IMG/VR virus record: IMGVR_UViG_3300031511_000004
Coordinates: 1 to 27,311 of that record
DNA: 27,311 nt
Source: a virus
Lineage: Duplodnaviria > Caudoviricetes
Strand: one strand, 5' to 3'
Under the pieces are notes generated by a model. It was given only the letters and a program-made list of their open reading frames with translations, was not told the origin of the DNA and did no database searches. The position numbers and the translations under genes are program-made. Shown here piece after piece: positions 8,843-16,503 of this stretch; positions within the stretch are counted from its first letter, which is position 1, and every line of letters begins with the position of its first letter.

Positions 8843-8898
8843 AAAAGGTCACAAAACTTTGAACAGATGTAGCTTCATTGTTTTTGTGACCTTTTTTT
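8843..8898 (+). terminator. Intrinsic terminator-like hairpin with 14-bp stem and long loop
   Basis: AAAAGGTCACAAAA (8843-8856) pairs with TTTTGTGACCTTTT (8882-8895); T-run to 8898. Confidence 0.7.
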
Positions 8899-8920
8899 AC
8901 ATCTAAACACGGAATATTTC

Positions 8921-8938
8921 TAGAACAAAATATAAATT
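8921..8938 (+). promoter_or_regulatory. Putative phage (late) promoter TAGAACAAAATATAAATT
   Basis: Exact copy of 6884-6901, just after a terminator and upstream of the tail-collar/sheath genes. Confidence 0.75.
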
Positions 8939-8964
8939 AACTTCTTGCAGAAGGATTATAGACT

Positions 8965-9651
8965 ATGAAAAAAATAAAGGATACAACCATAGAGGCTAGA
9001 GATTATTATGGTGAAAACTGTTTAGTTGATGCCGTTAATGGAAAAAGATCTCTAGATAGAAAACCTCAGGGCGAAGTTCATATTTTTGAAGCTACAGAAG
9101 ATGGAAAGAAAAAATTAGTTCATAAGAGTAACTTAGTTGTTTATTTAGGACGAGAAATGTTGGCACAAAGAATAGTCAATACTGATAATACTTTAGTTAC
9201 GCCAACTAAAGATGAATTTATCTCATGGATTGGAGTGGGTGATGGTGGAGTTCAGCCAGCTGATCCTCTTGATCCAACACCACCAACCAATGCAGATGAT
9301 GAATTATCTTCACTAGTAATGATGAGCGATACTACTTCATCATACGGAGACTATCATGTATATGATGGTGCAACATACCCAGATACTGGTTACTATAAAA
9401 AACAATTTGATTCTGTAACATTTGAATCTGACTCATTAAACGATGATAGATATTTAGTTATTAAAATTACAGCAACAATCGGAACTAATGATGCTAATGG
9501 ACAACAGTTAAGCGAAGCGGGATTATATTCAGCAGAAAGTGACGGTGCGGGATATAATGGAAACTTCAGTTTATTTGCTCGAGTTACATTTCCATCATTA
9601 ATTAAAAATTCAGACAGACGTTTAATTTTTGTATGGTATTTATACGTATAA
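8965..9651 (+). CDS. Baseplate/tail-collar fibre-like structural protein (DUF3751-like)
   Basis: NLVVYLGREMLA...IGVGDG...LSEAGLY...LFARVTFPSLIK...FVW pattern typical of this myophage family; lies upstream of the sheath. Confidence 0.7.
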   Translation: MKKIKDTTIEARDYYGENCLVDAVNGKRSLDRKPQGEVHIFEATEDGKKKLVHKSNLVVYLGREMLAQRIVNTDNTLVTPTKDEFISWIGVGDGGVQPADPLDPTPPTNADDELSSLVMMSDTTSSYGDYHVYDGATYPDTGYYKKQFDSVTFESDSLNDDRYLVIKITATIGTNDANGQQLSEAGLYSAESDGAGYNGNFSLFARVTFPSLIKNSDRRLIFVWYLYV

Positions 9652-9778
9652 GGAAATTATAAACAAAAAAAAGTAAAGGATATTGATTTGGGTTAATAGA
9701 GAAATTATACTACTAATTATAAAGGAAAAAACACTAATAGAATTTAATAAGAATTTAAAATTTAGGGAGGTTTAACCC

Positions 9779-11728
9779 ATGTCAAATGTATCACCTGGTG
9801 TTTATACTAAAATTATAGACCTGTCAACATTTGTTCAGGTCGTACCATCAACAATCGGTTTTCTTTGCGGTTTTTCAAAGAAAGGCCGAGATAATGAATT
9901 AGTTCTTGTTGGCTCAAGAGCTGATTTTATTAACGAATGGGGCGAGCCAAATATACAGGACTTTACAAAAGCTTATGGTCAAGGTCCTTATATTGCTTAT
10001 AACCATTTAGGCGAATCTGGAGCTCTATACTGGATTCGTTTGCTTTCAGATGATGCTACATATTCTAATATGAGAATTGATGCTACTTTAGGAGATTCTA
10101 CTGCTGGCATCTCAATTACTTATGTAGATAGTCTAAATAGCAAAACCGAAATACAAACCAATCTAATCGCCGCTGGTTCAGCAAAACCAATTATGTTCTT
10201 ATATCCAATTGGCCGTGGAGATTATTACAACGCTCTTGGAGTAAGAATGACAGTTCATTCAAATCCAACCTTAACTGGAGTATATGTTCTAGATATCTAT
10301 GAAAAACAATCAGATGGAAATGAGTTAATTATTGAATCGTTTGATGTTTCTCTAGATCCTCAAGCAGTTGATACAGCTGGAGATTCAATCTTTATTGTAA
10401 ATATTCTAGAAACATATTCAACAGTTCTTCGAGCACAAATGACATTAGCAAGTGGCGAGTATACTGATGGATATAAATTGATTGCTAAAAATTATGATAA
10501 AAATATTGGAACAGTGACTGTTGACTTAACTGCTGGAACTGCTTATATCTCAGATACTAAACAAGATTTTTCTGATTGGGAAAATCCTACTGAAACCGGA
10601 GATGCAAGTTATGTTGTTATTGCTAAAGATGCAAAAGGAATTGAAATTTGGGGTTGGTTAGGTGCTGCAGCTGGAGTTGATAATGATGAAATTCATGTAT
10701 TTGCAGATAAAAATCTAACAGGAGCAAGTCAAGGTTGGAATGGTAGTACTGCATCATTTGATACTGATTCAGATATTTCATATTTTATCAGACAAGCATA
10801 TGGAAGTGTTGATTCAGCATTTACTTCTTCAGAGCCAAAACCATTGAGAAAAGGATCTGAAGGAACATTAAGACAATCTGATGGCTCATTAGATACAACT
10901 GAAGCTGAAACTCTTCTTGAAGATGGTTATGCTGGTTTAACTGATGACGCAATTCTTGATCCAGAGAATGTTTATTTTACTTTGGTATATGATGCTGGTT
11001 ATCCAACTGATGTTAAAACTGCAATTGCAAATCTTTGCGAAACAAGAAGAGACTGTGTAGGAATTCTTGATAATGGTGATAACTCAACTGTTAATTTGGC
11101 TCTTTCTGCACGAACAAACGATCATACATTTAATACTTATTTAGTAGCATTATATGAATCGTTTAATAAAGTTTCCGATCCATTTACAGGAGAAGATATT
11201 TGGTTTTCACCAATCTACCATATGTCTTATTTAATTCCTAGAAATGATAATGTAGCAGAGATTTGGTATGCAGCAGCCGGTTTTCAACGTGCTGCAATTG
11301 ACTCAATTAAAGATCTAAGATTTAATCCAAGATTGGGTCAGAGAGATCAACTATACTTAAAACAGTTGAATCCAATTGTTAAGTTTGCTCAGGGTTACGT
11401 TGTTTGGGGTCAATTAACATCACAATCAAAAGCAAGTGGTCTGCAAGATTTAAATATAGTAAGATTGGTTTTATATTGCAAACGTGCTATTGGTCAATTC
11501 TGTAAAAATTTTATTTTTGAACAAAATGATCCTATTACCTGGGGACAAGTATCAACAGAAATTGTATCATTCCTTGAAGTAATTAAGAATAGAAGAGGTT
11601 TAGATAGTTACTCAATAGATGTTGGAGCAACAGACTATGAAAGAAAAACTAAACGTTTTCATGTTAACGTAATTCTTCAACCTACTAGAACAGTTGAACA
11701 AATTGAACTGAACTTCTTTATTGAATAA
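9779..11728 (+). CDS. Tail sheath protein (T4 gp18-like)
   Basis: N-terminal SPGVYTKIID; WYAAAGFQRA, LNPI, VVWGQLT, LNIVRL, FIFEQND and C-terminal LQPTRTVEQIELNF. Confidence 0.96.
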   Translation: MSNVSPGVYTKIIDLSTFVQVVPSTIGFLCGFSKKGRDNELVLVGSRADFINEWGEPNIQDFTKAYGQGPYIAYNHLGESGALYWIRLLSDDATYSNMRIDATLGDSTAGISITYVDSLNSKTEIQTNLIAAGSAKPIMFLYPIGRGDYYNALGVRMTVHSNPTLTGVYVLDIYEKQSDGNELIIESFDVSLDPQAVDTAGDSIFIVNILETYSTVLRAQMTLASGEYTDGYKLIAKNYDKNIGTVTVDLTAGTAYISDTKQDFSDWENPTETGDASYVVIAKDAKGIEIWGWLGAAAGVDNDEIHVFADKNLTGASQGWNGSTASFDTDSDISYFIRQAYGSVDSAFTSSEPKPLRKGSEGTLRQSDGSLDTTEAETLLEDGYAGLTDDAILDPENVYFTLVYDAGYPTDVKTAIANLCETRRDCVGILDNGDNSTVNLALSARTNDHTFNTYLVALYESFNKVSDPFTGEDIWFSPIYHMSYLIPRNDNVAEIWYAAAGFQRAAIDSIKDLRFNPRLGQRDQLYLKQLNPIVKFAQGYVVWGQLTSQSKASGLQDLNIVRLVLYCKRAIGQFCKNFIFEQNDPITWGQVSTEIVSFLEVIKNRRGLDSYSIDVGATDYERKTKRFHVNVILQPTRTVEQIELNFFIE

Positions 11729-11735
11729 TTTGTAC

Positions 11736-11773
11736 AAAAAAAGAGTCGCTTATTTTTTAGGCGACTCTTTTTT
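11736..11773. terminator. Bidirectional intrinsic terminator
   Basis: A7-GAGTCGCTTA-loop-TAGGCGACTC-T6 between the convergent sheath gene and the - strand cassette. Confidence 0.9.
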
Positions 11774-11783
11774 CCGTTATAAG

Positions 11784-12053
11784 TTACCTTTCTGAAAATA
11801 AATTGTTTGAATCAAACATAACGGTTTCGATTTTTTTCTTTTTTATTTTATCAACTCTTGTAAGATCAGCTGGATGCCATTTCCAAGTTTTAATAATTAC
11901 TGTTTGTTCACCGTGAATCTCATAAAATTCTTTAATTCGATAAACATTTCCTACCATTTTTGACATCTCTTCAGTTATACCAAATATAAAATTAGTTTTT
12001 TCTGCAGATACAATCTTTACGTTAATTCCATCTTGAAGGTCATTATATTTCAT
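11784..12053 (-). CDS. Hypothetical protein
   Basis: 89-aa ORF coupled to the upstream ORF (TAATG), ending at the terminator. Confidence 0.7.
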   Translation of the reverse strand: MKYNDLQDGINVKIVSAEKTNFIFGITEEMSKMVGNVYRIKEFYEIHGEQTVIIKTWKWHPADLTRVDKIKKKKIETVMFDSNNLFSER

Positions 12054-12601
12054 TAAGGTAAATCCTTTAAAGTTTTTACTAATCCATCTAGGTTGTTCTG
12101 GTCAACTTCAGTTTTATTAGCAATCTGTATAGCTTCATCAATAACGTTTTGTTGCAAAATCATACATACATTTATTATTACGATATTAATATGATTTGCA
12201 TTTTGACCCCGAATATGAGTTCTACTACCTTGTTCATAGTTTCGTATATATCTATTTATAAAATTTTTATCAAAACGACATTCACGGTTTGTTAAAGGAT
12301 TATGAATTGTTTTTAGAACCAATCCCAGTTCATCAAGAACTGAAATTATATATAATCCTGTAATTGGATCTAATAGTGCATTATTTAACAAAGAAACAAC
12401 TGGTGAGAATGCAATGGCAGAAGCAACTTTTTTAACTTGTTTTAAATTTATGTGTTTATATTCAAATGCTCCTATTTGTTCATGCATTGATAAATGTAAC
12501 TCAATATTAAAGTTTTGAGGTACTGCTACAAATTCTAATAAAAAATATTCTGAAATATTAGTAATTAGATCTGGGTTGTTTTCTGATTTATCTAAATTCA
12601 T
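12053..12601 (-). CDS. Hypothetical protein (182 aa, start revised to MNLDKSE)
   Basis: ATG at 12601 follows AAGGAA and removes the 116-nt overlap implied by the 12736 start. Confidence 0.65.
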   Translation of the reverse strand: MNLDKSENNPDLITNISEYFLLEFVAVPQNFNIELHLSMHEQIGAFEYKHINLKQVKKVASAIAFSPVVSLLNNALLDPITGLYIISVLDELGLVLKTIHNPLTNRECRFDKNFINRYIRNYEQGSRTHIRGQNANHINIVIINVCMILQQNVIDEAIQIANKTEVDQNNLDGLVKTLKDLP

Positions 12602-12620
12602 ATTAAGACTTTTCCTTATC

Positions 12621-13109
12621 TTAGTGTTTGCTGATTCTAATGTGCGGCAATTTTTTAAAAATATTTCCCCGCTCGAGTTCAGCTTCAATGCCGTCGAGAT
12701 AGTCTTCAAAATTGAAGATATAGATGTAAGAATCATCAGGTATCCTTTCTAAAAATTCTTTTGCTCTTTTATCTTTAATTCTTTTGTGCATAATACATTC
12801 ATGAGCCCAAAATATTTGCCTCCAGACATGTTGTTTATATATTAATTCTTTAGTAATATTTTCACTTTCGCAAAACTCTTTTGTAATATTATCATACTCA
12901 TCCATTGTTAAAGAAAATTCATTACTAATAATTTCAAATGAATCTTTTGCTTCTGCTTGTAAGGTATTTTTAGTATCTTTAAAAATATATTCACTATAAC
13001 GTTTATCAATAAATGGTTCTAAATCATCTATAGTTTCTATCTTTTTTGGAAACGCAACTATGAATGTTGTGCTTGACGAATTAGTTACAAACCCTATTTT
13101 TATTTTCAT
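12621..13109 (-). CDS. Phage protein of the 'MKIKxGFVTNSSS' N-terminal motif family
   Basis: Start revised to ATG 13109 (AAGGA SD): MKIKIGFVTNSSSTTFIV. Confidence 0.75.
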   Translation of the reverse strand: MKIKIGFVTNSSSTTFIVAFPKKIETIDDLEPFIDKRYSEYIFKDTKNTLQAEAKDSFEIISNEFSLTMDEYDNITKEFCESENITKELIYKQHVWRQIFWAHECIMHKRIKDKRAKEFLERIPDDSYIYIFNFEDYLDGIEAELERGNIFKKLPHIRISKH

Positions 13110-13215
13110 ATTTTTTCCTTTGCCACACTTCAATTACTTTTAAAAATGGTAAAGCAATACCAAAAATTATACAAGCTATTATAAATCTTAATTTGTCTTT
13201 TTGTTTCTCTCTCAA
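13081..13215 (-). CDS. Small membrane protein (44 aa), not in the ORF track
   Basis: AAGGAG-taatt-TTG; MREKQKDKLRFIIACIIFGIALPFLKVIEVWQRKKYENKNRVCN has one hydrophobic helix with basic flanks and fills the gap after the radical SAM gene. Confidence 0.6.
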   Translation of the reverse strand: MREKQKDKLRFIIACIIFGIALPFLKVIEVWQRKKYENKNRVCN

Positions 13216-13224
13216 AATTACTCC

Positions 13225-14202
13225 TTAAAATAATGGGCATTTTTTTGGATCTATTCTTAAAGTTTTTCTAAACTTTTTAAAAACATTTGAACTATTCCAA
13301 ATTGAATAAATGTCATTATTAATATCTACAGAAAATTTATCTTTATCTGCAAAACTGCATGGCATCATTTTCATATCTGGAGTTATATAACCTGAACAAC
13401 GACTACTCTCGCAAGTATCAATGCTTATTTTTTGAATTCTGTTTGGCTGTTCAAATGTAAGAACTTTGTTTACTAAACAACTATCAATACCGACCATAAA
13501 ATCAGTGTTTGGTCTAAATATTAACTTAGAAAATTGTTGAATCTGAGCTGATGTTGGAAGCCAATCTAAATTTTTTCCTCTCCCTTGTGGTTTAAATAAT
13601 AGAAATAAAACAGAGTAATTATTATTAACTTTTCCGTTCCATACATCATCACCCTTTAATATTTTTATGATTTTATCATGATTATCTCTTGTATAAATTA
13701 TATGTATAGAAACTTTTATTCCTTTATTTGTTAATCGGCTTATTGCTGAGTATGTAAAATCCATTCCATAGTCACTTACGCCAACTGCCCCGCACATTCT
13801 AGATATTTCTATTTCTTCATCTGTGAGATTAACCCCACTAGTTGTATAGTTTGGTACAACTTTGTTCTTTCTACAATATTCAACAATTTCTTTAAAGTGT
13901 TTATGTTTATTTGGATCTCCTCTGCCTCCTAAAGCTACTTGATTAACATGATGCTTTGTTTGATCTATAATACTTTTAAAATCATCTAATTTCATATCAG
14001 GTTCTGAATAATCGCCTTGATAACAAAACTTACAATTATTTTTACATGAGCCCATAATACCTATATCTAGAAGTGATGGTAGCTCCAATGAGAATGGATC
14101 TTGTTTGCCATTTATTCCTCTTGTAATTTCAAAACCATTTATTTCATTGAATAAAATTTCATATTCTGAATTTCTAAATTTCTTTGTGAAAAAAACTTTC
14201 AT
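13225..14202 (-). CDS. Radical SAM enzyme with truncated SPASM/twitch C-terminus
   Basis: CKNNCKFC (CX3CX2C), LGGRGDP, YTTSG; C-terminal CESSRCSGYITPDMKMMPC...SIWNS...FR...CPLF. Confidence 0.92.
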   Translation of the reverse strand: MKVFFTKKFRNSEYEILFNEINGFEITRGINGKQDPFSLELPSLLDIGIMGSCKNNCKFCYQGDYSEPDMKLDDFKSIIDQTKHHVNQVALGGRGDPNKHKHFKEIVEYCRKNKVVPNYTTSGVNLTDEEIEISRMCGAVGVSDYGMDFTYSAISRLTNKGIKVSIHIIYTRDNHDKIIKILKGDDVWNGKVNNNYSVLFLLFKPQGRGKNLDWLPTSAQIQQFSKLIFRPNTDFMVGIDSCLVNKVLTFEQPNRIQKISIDTCESSRCSGYITPDMKMMPCSFADKDKFSVDINNDIYSIWNSSNVFKKFRKTLRIDPKKCPLF

Positions 14203-14444
14203 AATTTCCTTTCTGATTTATTTTCTACTAGTTTTGGTGGGTATACCCATGTTATTGTCCAACTTGGTCTATCTGGTGTAACATGTAAAAAAATTTTTGT
14301 TTTAAAATTAATTTCCATAGCAGCATTTATATTTTGTAATCTTAATATATACTTTAAATTAGCTTTTTTTCCGATTATGTTAGTAACAAATTTTTTACAA
14401 GCTGTATTACATATTGAATTAATTAAACATTTATCGCATACCAT
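14199..14444 (-). CDS. Small CX2CX5CX3C protein, paralog 4
   Basis: MVCDKCLINSICNTAC; its stop overlaps the radical SAM start (ATGA). Confidence 0.8.
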   Translation of the reverse strand: MVCDKCLINSICNTACKKFVTNIIGKKANLKYILRLQNINAAMEINFKTKIFLHVTPDRPSWTITWVYPPKLVENKSERKL

Positions 14445-14643
14445 GCTTTTTTACAACTCCTATAACTCCATGTTTTTGCATAACTCCTATAATTCTATCA
14501 TTATCATTTTGTATTGTTACTATATAATTTTTCAACTTTTTAGAAATTTCTTTGGTATATATTCTACCAATTACGCCATCATCTATATACTTTTTACAAG
14601 CTGTTGTACAAATTGAATTAACTAAACATTTATCGCAAATCAC
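14431..14643 (-). CDS. Small CX2CX5CX3C protein, paralog 3
   Basis: AAGGAG SD, GTG start; MICDKCLVNSICTTAC. Confidence 0.8.
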   Translation of the reverse strand: MICDKCLVNSICTTACKKYIDDGVIGRIYTKEISKKLKNYIVTIQNDNDRIIGVMQKHGVIGVVKKHGMR

Positions 14644-14657
14644 TATTTTTCTCTCCT

Positions 14658-14873
14658 TTATAATAAATATTTATCTATACTTTCTATTATCTTGGTTTTA
14701 TAATCAATTATTACTTTATATCCTAAAGGCAGTTCAGAAATAAGCCCCTGCTTATAACGTTTTCCAATTATTTCTGGTATAATTTTTCCCATTGGTACAT
14801 CATGAATTTCTATAATAAATTGGTCACATATCTCAGTGCATATTGAATTAATTAAACATTTATCACATATCAT
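14658..14873 (-). CDS. Small CX2CX5CX3C protein, paralog 2
   Basis: MICDKCLINSICTEIC; starts 2 nt after the stop of paralog 1. Confidence 0.8.
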   Translation of the reverse strand: MICDKCLINSICTEICDQFIIEIHDVPMGKIIPEIIGKRYKQGLISELPLGYKVIIDYKTKIIESIDKYLL

Positions 14874-14875
14874 TT

Positions 14876-15064
14876 TTAAGCCTTTATTATAACAAAAATT
14901 TTTTTATGTTCAGAATCAAACACAATACATTTTCCGTTATTGGTTATTCGAGAAAAAATAATTGGAAATTCTCTTGAAGTATAGCGGTAGTCTCTAAGAG
15001 ACTCTTCCAGTAATTCACATGATATGGTGCAAATAGTATTAACTATACATTCCTCACAAATCAA
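14876..15064 (-). CDS. Small CX2CX5CX3C protein, paralog 1 (62 aa, start revised)
   Basis: AAAGGAGAAAAATA-TTG at 15064 gives MICEECIVNTICTISC, in register with the other three paralogs. Confidence 0.75.
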   Translation of the reverse strand: MICEECIVNTICTISCELLEESLRDYRYTSREFPIIFSRITNNGKCIVFDSEHKKIFVIIKA

Positions 15065-15110
15065 TATTTTTCTCCTTTGTAAAAAATAATAAGATTTTCT
15101 ATCTTCAGTA

Positions 15111-15139
15111 ATTAATATATATAGCACTCCAGTTTTAAA
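15111..15139 (-). promoter_or_regulatory. Possible sigma70-type promoter for the - strand cassette
   Basis: - strand reads TTTAAA-actggag-TGcTATATATATTAAT (extended -10-like), back-to-back with the + strand motif. AT-rich context makes this weak. Confidence 0.35.
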
Positions 15140-15156
15140 CGAAATGGTTCCAAATT

Positions 15157-15173
15157 CAGAACAAATTATAAAT
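15157..15173 (+). promoter_or_regulatory. Putative phage (late) promoter CAGAACAAATTATAAAT
   Basis: 15/17 match to the copies at 6884 and 8921; lies where + strand transcription must restart for the tube/baseplate genes. Confidence 0.7.
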
Positions 15174-15196
15174 CTTAGTATCCTGTGGAATTAATT

Positions 15197-15709
15197 ATGA
15201 CTCTTAAAAAATATCTTGAAAAACTACAAGCAGATGAAGCAGTAGGTAGTTTTGCTATAGATTCTTTTCCTCAAGTTAAAAAGAAGAAAAAGAAACGTCA
15301 AGTAATTAGAACATTATACCCACTAGAATCTGCATTGCCTGTTAGAAGAGCAATGATTGATTTAGATGGAACAATACACAAATACTCAAAGGGATACTTA
15401 GATGGTACAATTTATGATAAACCTTTTGATGGAGCCAAACAAGCAATTGATTGGTTAAAAGCACAAGGTTTTGAAATTGTAATTTTTACATCTAGAGCAT
15501 CTAAACAAAATGCTTTAGAAAGTGGCTATGATCTAGATAAGCAAATTCAAGATATTGAAACATGGCTAACAGACAATGACATCTATTATGATCGTATAAC
15601 TGCTGAAAAATTAGTTGCTGACTTTTATATTGATGATAGAGCAGTATATATCAAAGATGGTAATTGGGATGAAGTAATGAAAACTATTAAAGAGAGATTT
15701 TTAAGCTAG
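15197..15709 (+). CDS. HAD-superfamily phosphatase with N-terminal extension
   Basis: IDLDGTI (motif I), FTSR (II), K (III), YIDDRA (IV); start revised to ATG 15197. Confidence 0.85.
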   Translation: MTLKKYLEKLQADEAVGSFAIDSFPQVKKKKKKRQVIRTLYPLESALPVRRAMIDLDGTIHKYSKGYLDGTIYDKPFDGAKQAIDWLKAQGFEIVIFTSRASKQNALESGYDLDKQIQDIETWLTDNDIYYDRITAEKLVADFYIDDRAVYIKDGNWDEVMKTIKERFLS

Positions 15710-15741
15710 TACTTTTTAGTACTTAGGAGGTCAAGAAGAAA

Positions 15742-16464
15742 ATGGCTATAAAAAATTCATTTGTTAATGTACCAAACAATAGACTAACTAGAGATTTTGG
15801 TGGTACAGTTGCTGGGGTTGCCGATCCGTATATTACTGGTTATCATTTTATTTATATGGCTCATATTCCTGCTGCTCTTCCAGGTTATGCGTTGTTACCA
15901 GATCAAGGTACAATTCAGAACCTATTAGCTGGAGCATGTTTATCTGTCACACCGCCTGGTGGAACTCTTAATAAAGTAGAGTTTACAGGGCTTGGTGGAT
16001 TAAAATGGGCAGTTCCTGCAAATATTGACTATGGAAATTCAGTTTCAGTAAAATTCTTAGAGTTTAATGGAACTCCAATTCTAAACATCATGCATGGTTG
16101 GGTAAAAATGATTCGAGATTATAGAACTGGAACATCTGTTTTGGTTGATGGAGATAATCTTGATGGTTACTCAAAGAAAACATATGCAGCAGTTATGTAT
16201 TACTGGACAACAGCGCCAGATGCTAAAACAGTTGAATACTATGCAGCATATGATGGAATTTTTCCAACAAAAGATCCACAAGATCTTTTCACAAGTGACG
16301 TTGAAACAGTTGGACGACTAGATGTGGAAATTGAGTTCAACGTTGACTATATTTGGCATGAAGATTGGGTGAAAACCAAATGTCAAGGTTTAGCTGACCA
16401 AGTTTATGCTATTAAATCAGATATTGAGCAATACGGAAGTAGTGCTCTTAGTTCTGGTACCTAA
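15742..16464 (+). CDS. Tail tube protein (gp19-like)
   Basis: SVTPPGGTLNKVEF...IDYGNSVSVKFLE...GWVKMIRD...GIFP...VEIEFNVD matches the tube-fold pattern; strong AGGAGG SD; sits between sheath and hub genes. Confidence 0.8.
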   Translation: MAIKNSFVNVPNNRLTRDFGGTVAGVADPYITGYHFIYMAHIPAALPGYALLPDQGTIQNLLAGACLSVTPPGGTLNKVEFTGLGGLKWAVPANIDYGNSVSVKFLEFNGTPILNIMHGWVKMIRDYRTGTSVLVDGDNLDGYSKKTYAAVMYYWTTAPDAKTVEYYAAYDGIFPTKDPQDLFTSDVETVGRLDVEIEFNVDYIWHEDWVKTKCQGLADQVYAIKSDIEQYGSSALSSGT

Positions 16465-16503
16465 TTTTTAAAAATAAAAGTGAAAGAAAGGAGATAAAGT
16501 AAA

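Noticed and set aside
9652-9778. 127-nt intergenic region before the sheath as an ncRNA or tRNA
   Set aside because: Very A-rich, with no convincing stem, cloverleaf or full copy of the promoter motif.
12602-12736. Long overlap between ORFs 12053-12736 and 12621-13133
   Set aside because: It disappears when the SD-supported starts at 12601 and 13109 are used.
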